64,000 bases of DNA from Stegostoma tigrinum. Its lineage: Eukaryota. The position numbers were made by a program, and so were the translations under genes. Shown piece after piece: positions 51,636 to 64,000 of this stretch (position 1 is its first letter; the number at the start of each line of letters is the position of its first letter). The stretch is taken from the NCBI RefSeq assembly GCF_030684315.1, contig NC_081379.1, forward strand, positions 29,527,947-29,591,946, written 5' to 3'. The notes beneath the pieces were generated by a model. The model made no database searches. It was given only the letters and a program-made list of their open reading frames with translations, and had not been told where the DNA came from.

Positions 51636-52704
51636 ATCTGTAAGCGAGGGCTGGATGTATTGTGGTTGTAACATTCAATGAGCATTTGGTGAATAATCCT
51701 TGCCTTGGATAATCCCAGTTGTGGGCTTAATTTTAGCTGTACTGCTTTTGGCAGATTTGCTTTTGTCAGGAAAAAAAATCAAAATCTATCTATTTTTATT
51801 ACTTTCCATGAGCATGAGTGCAGTTTGAGTTTAATCACTCCAATGAAAATTAACAAAATGCATCCAGTCAGACATAAGTGTCATTTCAACCTGACATTCC
51901 AGATTTGTGATCTAGTTATACGGCAAGCCTGCATTCCTCCATTACTGTCTTTTCTTCTAATGCTTTATTCCTTTAAGACCCTGCCCAACAATTTTCCAAA
52001 AAGCCTTCCATTTCTCATAGGAGTAATAATATCCTTTTTGGCTGTTCATATCAATTGTTATAAATTGCAATGTCTATTTTTAAATGGAGTAATGGTTTAC
52101 AATTGTAATTTTGCTGAAAATTCAAAGCTTTTAATTCATTTCTTTCCTTCCATATAACCTAATCTTGTCTCAAAATTCAATGATAATTTATAACCAAATT
52201 AATCAGGGAAATATCATTAAGGTCAATTTGAGAGATGTCTTATGAATGTATGATATCATTTGAATTGGGACCATCTCTGTGCCACTTTATTGACCTTTGA
52301 GTGGTGTACAGATTGTGCATATATAGTGCTATATATTGTGTTTCTAAGCCTGTAATGCATAAATCTTCAGCTCATAACTCATTACACCAGTTCACTCCCA
52401 ATATAAAATTATGCAAGTATTACTGATTCGCCGACTGTGTTTCTAGATGAATTACAGCAGTATGACTTTAAGCAAGTTAAAATCATGTTGTGCCGTACTA
52501 GTTACAAACATGTCAGGAAATTTCTCTGCCCATCTTTGAAGAAATGCCAGTATATTTAAAATTGTGCATCATTTGCAAACTGTTTTTAGTAGCAATTGGA
52601 GAATCTTAAAATGCAGACATTGCAAATGTCTCAATAAAATCCCATGCTTATCCACAAAGACTTAGGGCAGAATTTTCCCATTTGAAGTTAAAGTATGGTG
52701 GTGA

Positions 52705-52860
52705 AGGGTTTGGTGAGCTGGACGGTTGGTCTATGAAACAGGGTAATGCCAACAGCATGGGTTCAGATCCCACACTGGCTGAGGTTACCATGAAGAGCAT
52801 TTCTTCTCAAACTCTCTCTGTGCCTCAGGTGTAAGACAATGGTGACTTGACCTTTATCAA
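52705..52860 (+). mobile_element. tRNA-derived SINE fragment
   Basis: B-box-like gggttcagatccc. Homologous to 46585-46760. Confidence 0.6.
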
Positions 52861-53299
52861 AGATGGTGTGCATATTGGATAAAACTGAAAAACACAGGTG
52901 CACATTGGATGGATCTGCCCCCACTTCCACAAATTTCCCAAGAAAAGGGCAACCAATCAGAGAAAAGCCACCTCACCCTCCAATTAATAGATTGGAGAGA
53001 ACCTGTGATGAGCTATTCCTCCAATCAGATGCTGGTTTACTCCCATGCTTGCTGCTGATGCGTTCACAATGACCCTATTAGCCTCAAACTTGATAAAGAT
53101 ACAGCCTGTGATTGGAGGAACAGCACATACAGCTAAAAAAGTCAACGTTAGCATTGAGGTCCACCCCAGTCCAACACTGGCACTTCCTAACCATGCCTAT
53201 TTCTTATATTCATCTTTGGTCATTAAGGATATTCTTTTGCTGGGGTGAAATTTTGCTGAGGCTTGAAGGGCCTTGTTGAGATCCAACAGTTCTGCCTTC

Positions 53300-53690
53300 T
53301 GATGGGGGGGATCTTGACCGGGGAAGTCTGAGGGGATGGTGGGGTGGGGGGAAATAGGTCTCTGCAAGAGAGTTGCAGAAGAATTTCCAGCCTCGTTTGA
53401 AGTGGGGTGAGTGGGGAGAAGGAAACTGCAAGAAGTGTGAGGGGGAGGCTGTAAGAAGAGGCTGGGGGAGAATGGGGTTGCAGTATGAGTGTGGAGAGAG
53501 AGAAGGGGTCTGCAAAAGGTGTAAGAAGAAGAAGGTGGCTGCAAGGGTTGGGGGAAAGAAAGCTCAAGAGTAGTGTCGGGTGAGAGGGACTCAAGGAGGT
53601 ACCAAATAGAAGCAGGAGGCTGCAAGAAGGTTTGCTGAGGTAAACGTCTGTGAGAGAAATGTGGGTGTTGGGGAGAAGGGGGAGAGATTT
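53300..53690. repeat. Purine/G-rich low-complexity tract with decayed internal repeats
   Basis: Recurring ggctgcaagaag / gtctgcaa / ggggagaa units. Confidence 0.6.
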
Positions 53691-53929
53691 CCACCAGTAG
53701 TTTAGGGCAAGATTTTCACAGAGCTGGGAGTATCAACTACATATTTGAAAGAAGAACTGAGCATTTTATTGAACAATGAGCAAGCCACATCATTAGAAAT
53801 GTGCAATAGCAGAGGGCTAAATGCAAAAATTCCTCAACTGAAATTATAGGTAACAAATAGAAAACCTCCATCCAGCTAATCATCCTGGAAGTGTGAGAAA
53901 ACAACCAAGATAATCAAAGACCCCCTCCC

Positions 53930-54234
53930 ACTGCAGTTATACTCTCTTCCACCCTCTTCCATCAGGCAGAAAATACAAAAGTATGAAAACGTCTGTTAAC
54001 AGATTCAAGAACGGTTTCTTCCCAGCTGTTTTCAGACTTTTGAACAGTTATCTCATGAAAATAGAGTTAATCTTTCTCTGCACTTTCTCTTTAGCTGTAA
54101 CACTATAATCCTACATTCTGTTCCATTACTCTGATGTACTTATGCAAGGTATGACCTGTCTGAATAGCATACCAAATAACACTTTTCACTGTATTATAGT
54201 ACATACGATAATGATAAATCAAATCAAATCAAAT
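53930..54234 (+). mobile_element. Rex1/Babar-type LINE 3' end
   Basis: Translation gives LFHPLPSGRKYKSMKTSVNRFKNGFFPAVFRLLN, matching the Rex1 terminal motif LPSGRRYRS...RxxxSFFP. It ends in an (aaatc)n tail. Confidence 0.8.
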
Positions 54235-54259
54235 GAGTGGCCATAAGGTTTATTTCTGT

Positions 54260-55200
54260 CCTCTCGGGCTCGGTGTGCCATTGCCCTGAAGTGTTCTCTT
54301 TGCTGCTCCTGGTGCACCTCAGGACCATCCTCCTCATCTTTCTCTCCAGAGGATTCCTCTTAGAACTGCATCTTCTCCTCATCCGGCACAGTCTCCCTTT
54401 TCCAACTCATTATTATCAGCGCCCCATTATGATGTAGGAGACGCTGTCTTGGATGTACCACCTACCACTGCCCAATCAATCTGAGCATCAGAATCTAATC
54501 TTCAGTCACTCTATGGTCTGTTCTACAATGGCCCGGGTTGATGGGTTATACCTTTGCCCTGCACAACCTGATGATTTCTTAGGAGGGGCCATGAGCCAAG
54601 TTTGGAAGGGATATGCCTTGTCATTTGCCAACCAGATCAGTATAGGAAGATGATGTGGAATGAAGCTGGCATATGGGAGTGTCTCAGAATGTACAGGTCA
54701 TGGTAGCTCTGTGGCTATGTAGTACAGGCCTGGCAAATCTTGATGATTTGCACCCAAAGGATTTAGAAATCTTTTTAAAACAGATACTGTGGGTGGATGA
54801 TAGGATGCTATAATAGCCATGTGGGTGTAATTGTTGCACCCTTAACCAGTAAGAAGCCAGTGGTGGATGAGAACCCTAATGCCCTAGCTGTCTGACTGGT
54901 CAAGTTGATGGGGAACAAAGTGAATCGGCAGGCTGCTCTGAAGAGAGCATTGATTGGATCCCAGATACACATGAGTTGAAGCCTGTGAAATGCCACAGTT
55001 TCTCTCTGAAATGACCTGCTTACAAAGAAATTAAGGGTACCTGAGAGTTACTGGGATGGGAGTTCCATCAAGGCTGGTGGGTTCCTGCCATTGTCCCATA
55101 GCTGGCCCAAGTGAGATAGTGATGTCTCAGGTCACCTTTCTGTATTTGCAGCTAGCTGAGGGGTAGTGGGCTGAACATGGTTCCTCCTCCAGGTTGGTGC
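54260..55200 (-). mobile_element. PIF/Harbinger transposase relic, near full length
   Basis: Minus motifs in order: PIPVTL, TLNFFVSRSFQ, INALFRAACRF...QTARALGFSSTTGF, PQSYHDLYILRHS, WLANDKAYPFQTWLMAP, STRAIVEQTIE*LKIRF*CSD, acidic tail EESSGEKDEEDG. Confidence 0.85.
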
Positions 55201-55849
55201 CTACTGGCAATGGCCTGCAGCCTTGTGAGGAAGGGGAACACAGAATGAGCTCAAGGTCTCTCATTTCCCTGGCGCCTAGCTATTACTGCATAGCACAATG
55301 GCTAGAGCAACAGAGTGCAGGTTTATGTGAATTTCCAGCAGACTCTGAGACTGCTGGACCTAGCTCTCACTATGGAAGCAACAACAGCACTGCTGCAGTT
55401 TTGCAGCCTTTGTGAGTGGTTGCCCAGGACCTCCAGCGTACCTGACTGCTGCTCCTGTGTTTGTTTGTGTATATGTATGAAGTCTCAGATTGTTGACGCC
55501 ATGAAACCCTCCCCTTTCTGAGCTTGAGCAGGTGCCCAGCATTCAGAAGTTCTCCTGGTGCCAGCAACATGCCAGTGAAATGCTTACCTGAAGGTGCTAA
55601 CAACTGTAATCCAGTGAACGCGCCTGTGTCTGAGCTGGTAGGGGGATGGTGCAGAACGTGGCCTTGCCAGTGCTTTCTCAAGGGGTCCACACACTCTTCT
55701 TCAATGGTGGAGGTGGGCATGACTTGCGGAGCAACTCTCTACATTGTGGCCACCATGAACGTACCACTAGTAACTGGAGTAGACAAAGGAGAGAAAACTT
55801 GCAGCGCTGGGCATTTTGTGGACTGTGGACACTGCACTGACCTGAGGAA

Positions 55850-55940
55850 CATAACATACCTCTTCTGCACCATTTCATTCACCAAGGCCTCCAGGTCCCT
55901 GTCAGCAAAGTGCTGTGCCAATTTCCTCTTGTCTGCCATG
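55850..55940 (-). mobile_element. Harbinger Myb/SANT-like partner gene relic
   Basis: MADKRKLAQHFADRDLEALVNEMVQKRYVMF, within ORF 55739-56128, lies upstream of and co-oriented with the transposase. Confidence 0.65.
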
Positions 55941-58129
55941 TCCACAGTGAAGTTCTTTAACTGTGCAGGGCAGCTCTGGACTGATAGAACTTGCGTGGGT
56001 GTATAATTGCCATTTAAGTTGGTCCTGGCTCCAGGGATACTGGAATATCTCAGGCTGTACCAGCAAAGGCAAGTCCTGCCAGCCAATTCGAGAGGGTGAA
56101 TCAGGGTAGCATCAGAGAAGAGGGGCACTACAGAGGCATGGTAAGTAGTTAATGAGGATGGTTTGGAACAATTGTGCGAGAAAACTCTTACAGTTCCTCA
56201 CTGTCTGCTGAAGAGAAATCTTGTGTTACTCTACACAAATGACGCAGCCAAAATATGGGAAGGTTGTTTCAAATACAGTCATGGGTTAATTCACATGTCC
56301 TTGTCTGCAAAGTTGTCTATGGAGGCACAAGTTAAATAAATAGAAAAGAAGGGATTTCTAGTAGCTAGTATATTACAATGAATAAGTTCCTGAATAAATC
56401 GTGTTAAGTCTTCAAAGGAGATTCATATTTTTGTGGGCTACTTGGGCTAGCTATTGATTTTGTTTTTCATTCATAAATAACGTCTGTAAAAAACATTACT
56501 GCCTAATTCCACTCAGATATCTTTCAGCAGAGATGTATTTGTTCTCTTTCACTTTTCAATAGAATTCATTTGCTGCAAGGATTTGTGGTAATTCTTTTGT
56601 TTCTTGCATGGGTTTCTAATGTCTTTGTATTTCCAGGAAAATACAACACTGTGGCTCTTCCCATGGGGATTTTCTGCAACTGATTTATTTCTCACTGGAA
56701 ATCAACATGATACGCGCTTGCAACAGTTTGTCACGTGATCATTGTCACAACATGTCATTGACATTCCAATTTCGTACATCTGCTGAATTTGATAACCCTG
56801 TTCTTTGAAGCAGTGCAGAAATAGCATGCAATGTTTTCCCCTGATTCACTACAATACTGCCACAGAATGATAACAGTACCGCTGTTTCAATGTAATTTGT
56901 TAAAGCATCCTGCCAGTTTACAAGGTATTTAAATAATTTATTGTGATATTCCTCTTACAGTGGAATGCTCCTACACTGATTTTTATTTGTTTTTGAAAAG
57001 ACACTTTTCAGTTTGTAATGTTTGAATTGAGAAATTTTGTGCAGCTTGTAATCAACTTTCACATGGATACTTAAGTCACAAAGCATGTCATGAATGAGAA
57101 GTAAATTATGCGTTAATGCTTCTTTAGTCTTAATGTATGATGAATAGTATAATTTTTATGACTAGTATAACTTGAGTAATGAATTCTGTAATTTCTAAAA
57201 TGAAGTTTCCTAATATGGAAGTAATATCTTGACAGCAGTGGATGTTAAAAGTTCTGATATTCATATTGCAAGCTTTTTTCCAGGTGCAGGTCAGAACGTG
57301 AAGTCTTTGGCTGCTAAAGGCTGAAAAAAATCAGTTTACTTTTCAAGCCATGAGGACGCTCTGTACTGTTCTAACAAATAAACATTTTTAGCAACATTTA
57401 TAAAAAGGTACTTAATCTACACAAACCAGTACAGGTGGGTTTGAACATGCTAGCTGCTACTAAAATAGACCAAGATGAACAATTAAAGAAGGATTAAATT
57501 GTGACAGAGATGCCTTTAATTGCCTTTGCACTTTCAGAGAAGCGGAAGGAATTGATGAGCCCCTAGTGGGTTTATTAGCTCCATTCTGCCTTGTCTCTCT
57601 CACCGGCATTCTTATTTAATTCTCTACTTCTGAAGTGATTAAATATTTTTGAAAAATATTACTTTGATGTCTAGTTGCCTATGGTCTCCCCATTGGTGAA
57701 AAATGAAGCCTTTGAATTTCGAAAAGATTTTGCAGCTGAATGCTGTTAATCATCATTATGATTTTTGGTGGGGGGGGGCACACAGTAAATTTATCATGAT
57801 TGTTTCCATATATGAAAGATTCCAATACATATTCTATTAATTCAATACCATTGTCTGTGGACTGAGATTCATGTAGGTCAACTTTTGTAGGTTAAAATGC
57901 CTGGAAAGTTTATACAATTATGTTGAGCTAATAAATTATAAGGTAAGGCAATTTATGTAATTAGGGGATCCAGGCTACCTGATCAAACACCAGAATAGAA
58001 ATTGTGATGTTTTTAGATTGCCAGAGTGCTCAGACTAATTGCCTAATTCCCATGTGCCATTTAAAGCATCATTTTAAATATGACCTGTCATGGCTACAGC
58101 AGAATTCCATGCTGTTTCCAATCTCTAGT

Positions 58130-58640
58130 GAGTAGGTCTGGCCTCCATATTGTGAAAAGGATATCCAGGCACTGGAGAAGGTTCAAGATGATTTACAAGG
58201 AAGATATGGCAACTAGGGAAGTACAGCCATCAGGAAAGATTAAGTAGTCTGCAGCTTTGTTCCGTGGGATAGAGAAATTGGAGGGGAACAGTAAAGGTTG
58301 TTGTGATTGTGAGATGGTTCATTAAGATAAATTCAAAGGAGTTGTTTTGGTTTCCAGTGGAGGCCAGAAGTGGGGTCAATAAATATTAAGTAGTCACTAA
58401 TAAATCCAATAAGGAATTGAGGAAAACTTTCTTCATGTAGAGAGCGGTAAGAATATGAATGCACCAGCACATGGAGTGATTTGAGAAGAATAACATAGAT
58501 GAACAGCATAGATATCTGTATGATGAAGATAAATAAACAGGAGAAAGAAGTAACAAAGTTGGTTAGTAGGGGTAATTGAAAATGAGTGGGAGGATGCTCA
58601 TATGGAACATAAAACAAGGAAGAATGGCCTATTTCCATTC
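58130..58640 (+). mobile_element. Old CR1 3' fragment
   Basis: KDIQALEKVQ at ~58158-58187, and aataaatccaataaggaattgaggaaaactttcttc. Confidence 0.7.
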
Positions 58641-60600
58641 TGTTCATTTCATATGAATCCACTGTGTTTTTAACCCACACGCAATGAAAAATAGCTAGGA
58701 TTTAGAATCATTCTGGGCTTAGGCTGAGATCCGTACAAGGATCTGTATACCCATGATCTGAGAGAGAACTTTGACTGTGGAGTGAAATTTGCGTCGGTCA
58801 AGATTCAAGACTGCTTCAACCTGGAAATAACTTGAGTGCAAGCTCAAACAGGATGACTCACTAGAAGTCTACAAGAAATAAAAAGCAAATTTACTTTCAA
58901 AAAGCATTAGATTTTTGCTGGCTGCTGATCCAGGATCAGGGATCACAAACTGCTGGGCAACCAGGATCTGAGGACAGTTGTCATTCTTCAGTGTGGTATA
59001 TAATCACTAGTAATAAGGGTGTAAATAGTTTACATGCAGCCTAATCAGCAACTATTATTAAGACCACCAAATTTCAATTTTAAATTGAACCTGAATGGAG
59101 ATCCAGGCGATGCAACAATTAGAATATTGGACAAACAAATGTGATTGGGCAGGCTTCTATTAATAGACATGAATGGATGTTCAATATCAATTGACAGGAC
59201 ATTACAGCTGTGATTTTCCATTAAAATGTTTGCTGCATGTAAAACCCTGATACTTGTGTGGGCTTTGAATAAAATTCAATCCATTAAATGTCCATCTGCT
59301 GACATCTTCACTAGTTATTTCAGTGCTACAATTCTATTACTTCTGACCTTTCAGCTTCCGGACATTTTTTGTGAAGCAATATGAATTCTTCCACTGCAAG
59401 AATGACCCACCTGGGTGTTTCTGATGTAACATCATCCCTCTCTCTACACTTCACTGCAGCACAATCCATTCTGTTATGCTGCTCTTTGTATCAATGCTAT
59501 ACCATGCTTGTATTCTGAGCAAAATGCCAAGGTATCGACAGGGAACTTTTCTAAGGCTACAATCGGAGCCAAACACAAGCGTAGAATTGGTTTATATTGT
59601 GGTTCTGTCCTGGAGATCATATGGCAATGACTCTCACTATGTGTGAATAGGAGCTTTCTCAAGGCTATTGTTTGTTTCTGTTTCTCAGCTCCATAACCAC
59701 ATGCTTGACCAACAGCAGACAACACAGTGAGCAGTTATCAATCCCACATAATCAAACAATGAACAAACGAGCACAACATTTCCTCCTGTTGTAAAACTAA
59801 AGAACCTTATTATAAATTAAGCTATCATAAACAACAAAAACATGAACATTGAGGTCTATTTCTTACAGTTCAGAGGATACCCATGTTCTCTAAATCCTGA
59901 AATACATTTGGAAGTATGAAAGTCCCTCGTGACAGATCTGGGGTCTCTGAACTTGACGTCAGGATGCAGCCTGATCATCTCAATGATGGGGTGATTAACA
60001 TTGCATTTGCTCATCTGAAAAGGAAGTACATCAGACTGGAAAATACTGGTCCATTTGCTAGTTAGCTTCTTGCATTCCATTTTGTGCTATTTTCAAACAG
60101 GTATGTGTTGGTACCAAGTATTGTTTCCAAGTACTGTTTAACTTGTTTTGTTTTTGGTGTTTGTGATGTGAGTATTCTGTTGCATTCTGACCATTTGTCA
60201 TGAACACAATCTCCGATTTCAAATCATAGTTTCCTTGTACACATCCATTTGTATGCCTTTACTTTATATTGTTACTTTGTGATTTTTTTTTCTGTTTATA
60301 TTTTAACCTTTATCATTGTGAAGTGCTATAGTCTTCAAAATCAGTGGCAGGATAACTTATGACCCGTTATAAGTTTGACCTACATCTATCTGGTCAGAGG
60401 ATGTAGGAAGGATCGATATGTCTGAGGTCAGATATGGATGGATTGTTCGAATGTCGTTTTCACCATTTTGCTTGCTCTCAGACTGTCCGAGATCACCTTT
60501 TTGAATCAGTCGTTGCTACCATTCGATTGGTCACAATGTCAGATGGTGATGAACCTTGTAGTTTGGTTGGAATCCGTGAACTGACTGGAAATAGAATGCA

Positions 60601-60785
60601 AGATAACGAAATGTGAGGCTGGATGAACACAGCAGGCCCAGCAGCATCTCAGGAGCACAAAAGCTGACGTTTCAGGCCTAGACCCTTCATCAGAGAGTGT
60701 CCTGAGATGCTGCTGGGCCTGCTGTGTTCATCCAGCCTCACATTTCATTATCTTGGATTCTCCAGCATCTGCAGTTCCCATTATC
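60601..60785. mobile_element. 185-bp palindromic mini Penelope-like insertion with 17-bp TSD
   Basis: The TSD actggaaatagaatgca is at 60584-60600 and 60786-60802. Arms 60599-60654 and 60700-60755 are near-perfect reverse complements. The 3' tail is gattctccagcatctgcagttcccattatc. Confidence 0.93.
60664..60695 (-). ncRNA. Minimal hammerhead ribozyme motif in the hairpin loop
   Basis: The reverse complement ctctgatgaagggtctaggcctgaaacgtcag differs by one base from 15885-15916. Confidence 0.7.
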
Positions 60786-63737
60786 ACTGGAAATAGAATG
60801 CAGATCATTATCAGTCTTGATAGTCTGTAGCAACCTCCATTTAGTTTAGAATATCAATGACTAAGTGGTCCTAATGAAATATACCGTAGTTATTTTAGCC
60901 TCTGTATGTCATGATCAAGAAACAAAAATAATTGATTTGTAAGGGCTGCTTGCACTGTCAGTTGTTAGCATGATATTGTTTACCACTGGGTCCACTGGAG
61001 AGATGTAAGACATTTTTAGTGACTGTAGAGGCAGCACGTTATCTGATGAACTCTTGTGTGGATCGATCTATTGCTGGCCACCAGACACCTTCACAGAATT
61101 GTTCTTCCACCTTGACAGCACCTGGATGGCCTCCATAGGCAAGATGCATCACTGTCTGCAGTAATCCTTTTGGGGTAATTGCCCTAGTTCTACACGCATC
61201 ATATTTGTCATCAGGCAATGCAACTCATTGTGACTGTTCCTTCCCCTACTTCATGATGCCACTCATTTTTTTGTAGTCTGCAGAAAATTAGCCTGTACCT
61301 ATCTTTCACTGATTCTGCCTTCAATTCTCACATTACTCAATGGCATGAGCCATTGAGATACTCAATCTTGAACTTGTTCTCAGTAAAACATTCTGACCAT
61401 TTATAGATGTGCATAGGTCACTGACTGATTCTGAACCAGTTAACAATGTAGTCAGCAGTTTATGATCACACAGAAAATACATTTTCTCCCACAGAGGTAC
61501 ATGTGCCAACGTTCACAAGCTCTGATGCAGCTATTCACTTCGTTCTATGTACAGTGAGCGTACTGTTGCAATTCCAGTTTCTAATTAATTTATGACGATA
61601 CATGTTTCTACAAGTGGTTTGAAACATGTGGGGACTGCTGGAGATTCTGGCTTTGTCTTTACTATGTCAAATGCTGTTCGCTGTGTAATTGTAATCTTTA
61701 CACAGCAGGCTTTGGAAGAGATTCACAATCTCTGCATCCTTAGGAATACATCTGTGATAAAAAAAAAATGATCGCACAGACGAATGATGCCAACACTACC
61801 ACGTTGGGTGGGGTCAAAAGTATACAAATAACAATTATGTTATCTTCAGGCTATACTACAGCTGCTGTCACTTTGGACAGAATCTTACAGGTGTCTGAAC
61901 AATGTGGGTATGATGAGGTCTGTAGCTGAATTGGACAAGATGCCTAGCATGGCTGATCCTGACATCAGTAAGACCTCACCGTGTCTTTTATGCCTTTCAC
62001 AGTTGGTGGGATGAGTTTCTTAAATGGCAAAGGTGAGATTGCTTGTTAAAGGCCTGTTGACAGAGCAACTCACTTCATTAATATTCAGCTTTCTGTCTTA
62101 CCAATCTCAGTAAGCAAACTGGGCATTGAGAAATCTCAGCAAGGAAGTCTGAGTATGTACCAGGTGTTTTCAGTTCATTGCTTCCAACAAACTTCATATT
62201 GCAAACCCTTTCAGACCCCATTCTATGGGCACTGGTCACATGCGCCCCTTGTCCATGGACATTGGCATCTGACATGTGCAAACTGCGAAGAATCCTCATG
62301 ACACATCTCAAATCCACACACAAGATGCTACTGCACTTCAATGTTGCATCTGCAACTCTCATTGTAATGTTGACACGAGGACAACTACACTCAGGGATAT
62401 GCACCCAGCTCACGGAAAGAAGGAGGAGCTTTCCTCATTGTCTTAGCACTCACTTACTTTGATTTTACCTGGGTGCTCATGGTATTCATGCTGTGGCTTG
62501 CTATTTTATCCTTTTCCTCCTCAACCTAAGATGTAACGCTCATATTACTCCGTCCTCACCTTGCTATTTAGCACAGATACAGAGGGAGGAAACTTGTTGT
62601 GGTTGTCAGCAGGCCTCAGTCAAATTGAGACGGTTAAGCTTTGGTCAGGGAGTCCCGGTGTAGTAAGCCGCTGATACCAGTCCATGGGCTTGGACAAAGT
62701 CAGTCAGCCACATGGGGTGGTCAGAGTTAGGTCCTGCTCGTTTAAAGGGGTAAGAAGATAATTGTTGGTCAACCCAGCAACCACCTTGACTCTTTCTGCC
62801 CTCTTACATGCTGCATTCCTCCTGGAATGAGAGACGGTCAGGTATTCAGGGAGATGAAAATGGACGGTGTGATCATGCAAATGCAGGCCCAAAATTGGAC
62901 ATTCTAAATTGACCCAAGTCAGAGAGATCAGGCCTGACAGAAAATTGGTTGAACCCACTTAAACAACACCTAGCAGCTTTTAGCTACAGAGAACAGCAGA
63001 AACCGAGGTCGAAGAGGTCACAAATGTTCGGAGGACCGAATTACAACCAGCCACAGGGTTGTGCATTGGAGAAGTGGTGATCAGACTTTCTAGCACCTTG
63101 ATTTCCAGCCAGTACCTGAGCATATGTACTTTACACCTCCTCAGCATGGCAAGGGTGTTGGTGTAATTCCGTTGGATGCCTTGAACCCCGCTCATAGCCC
63201 CATTGGGCAAAGACCGCAGGACATTCAGGAAGGTCTGGGGTGAGGGGGATAAAAATACACACCTTGGAAGACACTCCCTCAGCAAAGACTCTCAGCGAAG
63301 ATCCAGGCAGAACACAATATGACTACACAAAAACACCAAGGAGAAGATTCATCCTGACCTGCCAGACCCACTTTCTTGGAATAGTGCCAACCCAACATTG
63401 GAGAAGTAGGAGAATTGAATGGCCAGTACAAACATGGATCATTGTGGATAATATCCTTTCTCAGGTGGAAAGAGTTAGAGTATAAATAGTGAAAATTTGA
63501 GAAATGCTCACATGGTTTTCTTAATAAGAATAGTTTTATTGATTAAAAAGAAGTTGAACTACAAACCAAATCCTGTGCCCCTTTGTTCACCTCATTGACA
63601 AGAGTGGTTGAGTAAAATGTTTATAATACATAAACTGGTATTGATCTGTGATCAAAATGGTTGACACGTTTATGTATAAAGCAACTGTCATTCGATCATA
63701 AACAGAAGCATTTTGTGTGAAGCACAATGAGAAATTT

Positions 63738-63860
63738 GGAACATAGAACATAGAGCACTAAAGCAAAGGAACAGGCCCTTCGGCCCACGATGTTGTGCTG
63801 AACATGGTGCCAAATTAAATTAATCCCTTCTGCCTGCCCTTGGTCCATATCCCTCCAAAT
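63738..63860 (-). mobile_element. CR1 3' tail fragment
   Basis: gaacatagaacatagagcac...aggcccttcggcccacgatgttgtgc, the same tail type as 49517-49565. Confidence 0.85.
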
Positions 63861-64000
63861 TTCTGATAACAGTAGCAAACGGTTCTGTAAAATTCATCCT
63901 TTTGTTAATTGAACAATGAAATTAATGGGTTAGTCACAGGATTTATCATTGATAGTGTCAGGGTGATTAGCCAGTCTCAAACAGGATACAGAGATATGTG

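Larger units (their letters stand above)
60330..62420 (-). mobile_element. Decayed Gypsy/Ty3 LTR-retrotransposon pol (RT to integrase)
   Basis: Minus motifs in Gypsy order. RT: ILCVDLRCV, TYSDFLAEISQ, ILSKVTAAVV*PEDNIIV. Integrase Zn finger: TVMHLAYGGHPGAVK...VWWPAIDRSTQEFIR. Core: KTDNDLHSISSQF, QSNG..FKKVISDSLRA, QTYRSFLHPLT. Confidence 0.8.

Noticed and set aside
53197-53694. Three overlapping Pro/Ser/Leu-rich minus ORFs
   Set aside because: By-product of a purine-rich low-complexity tract that is poor in stop codons.

Overview
This is AT-rich, CpG-poor eukaryotic DNA with no recognisable host protein-coding exon, so it is probably a large intron or intergenic tract. The repeat set suggests a cartilaginous fish, probably a carpet shark (inference): HE1-type and SacSINE1-like SINEs, many CR1 LINEs, and a shark-type Penelope family. 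The window is a mosaic of decayed transposons: about 9 Penelope-like (PLE) insertions whose pseudo-LTRs carry hammerhead-ribozyme motifs, one young 5'-truncated CR1, many old CR1/L2-group, RTE and Rex1 fragments, PIF/Harbinger relics (transposase plus Myb/SANT partner), and a decayed Gypsy pol. The most interesting signals are mechanistic. (i) Two independent PLE inversion junctions contain nested, co-terminal stutter repeats that look like reiterative re-copying from one template site. (ii) A 185-bp hairpin mini-PLE has a hammerhead in its loop and a perfect 17-bp TSD, and sits inside a Gypsy integrase core. (iii) There are two locally templated insertions (94 bp direct, 34 bp inverted) and a micro-inversion. 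Family names come from motif recognition, not database searches. Boundaries of old repeats are approximate.
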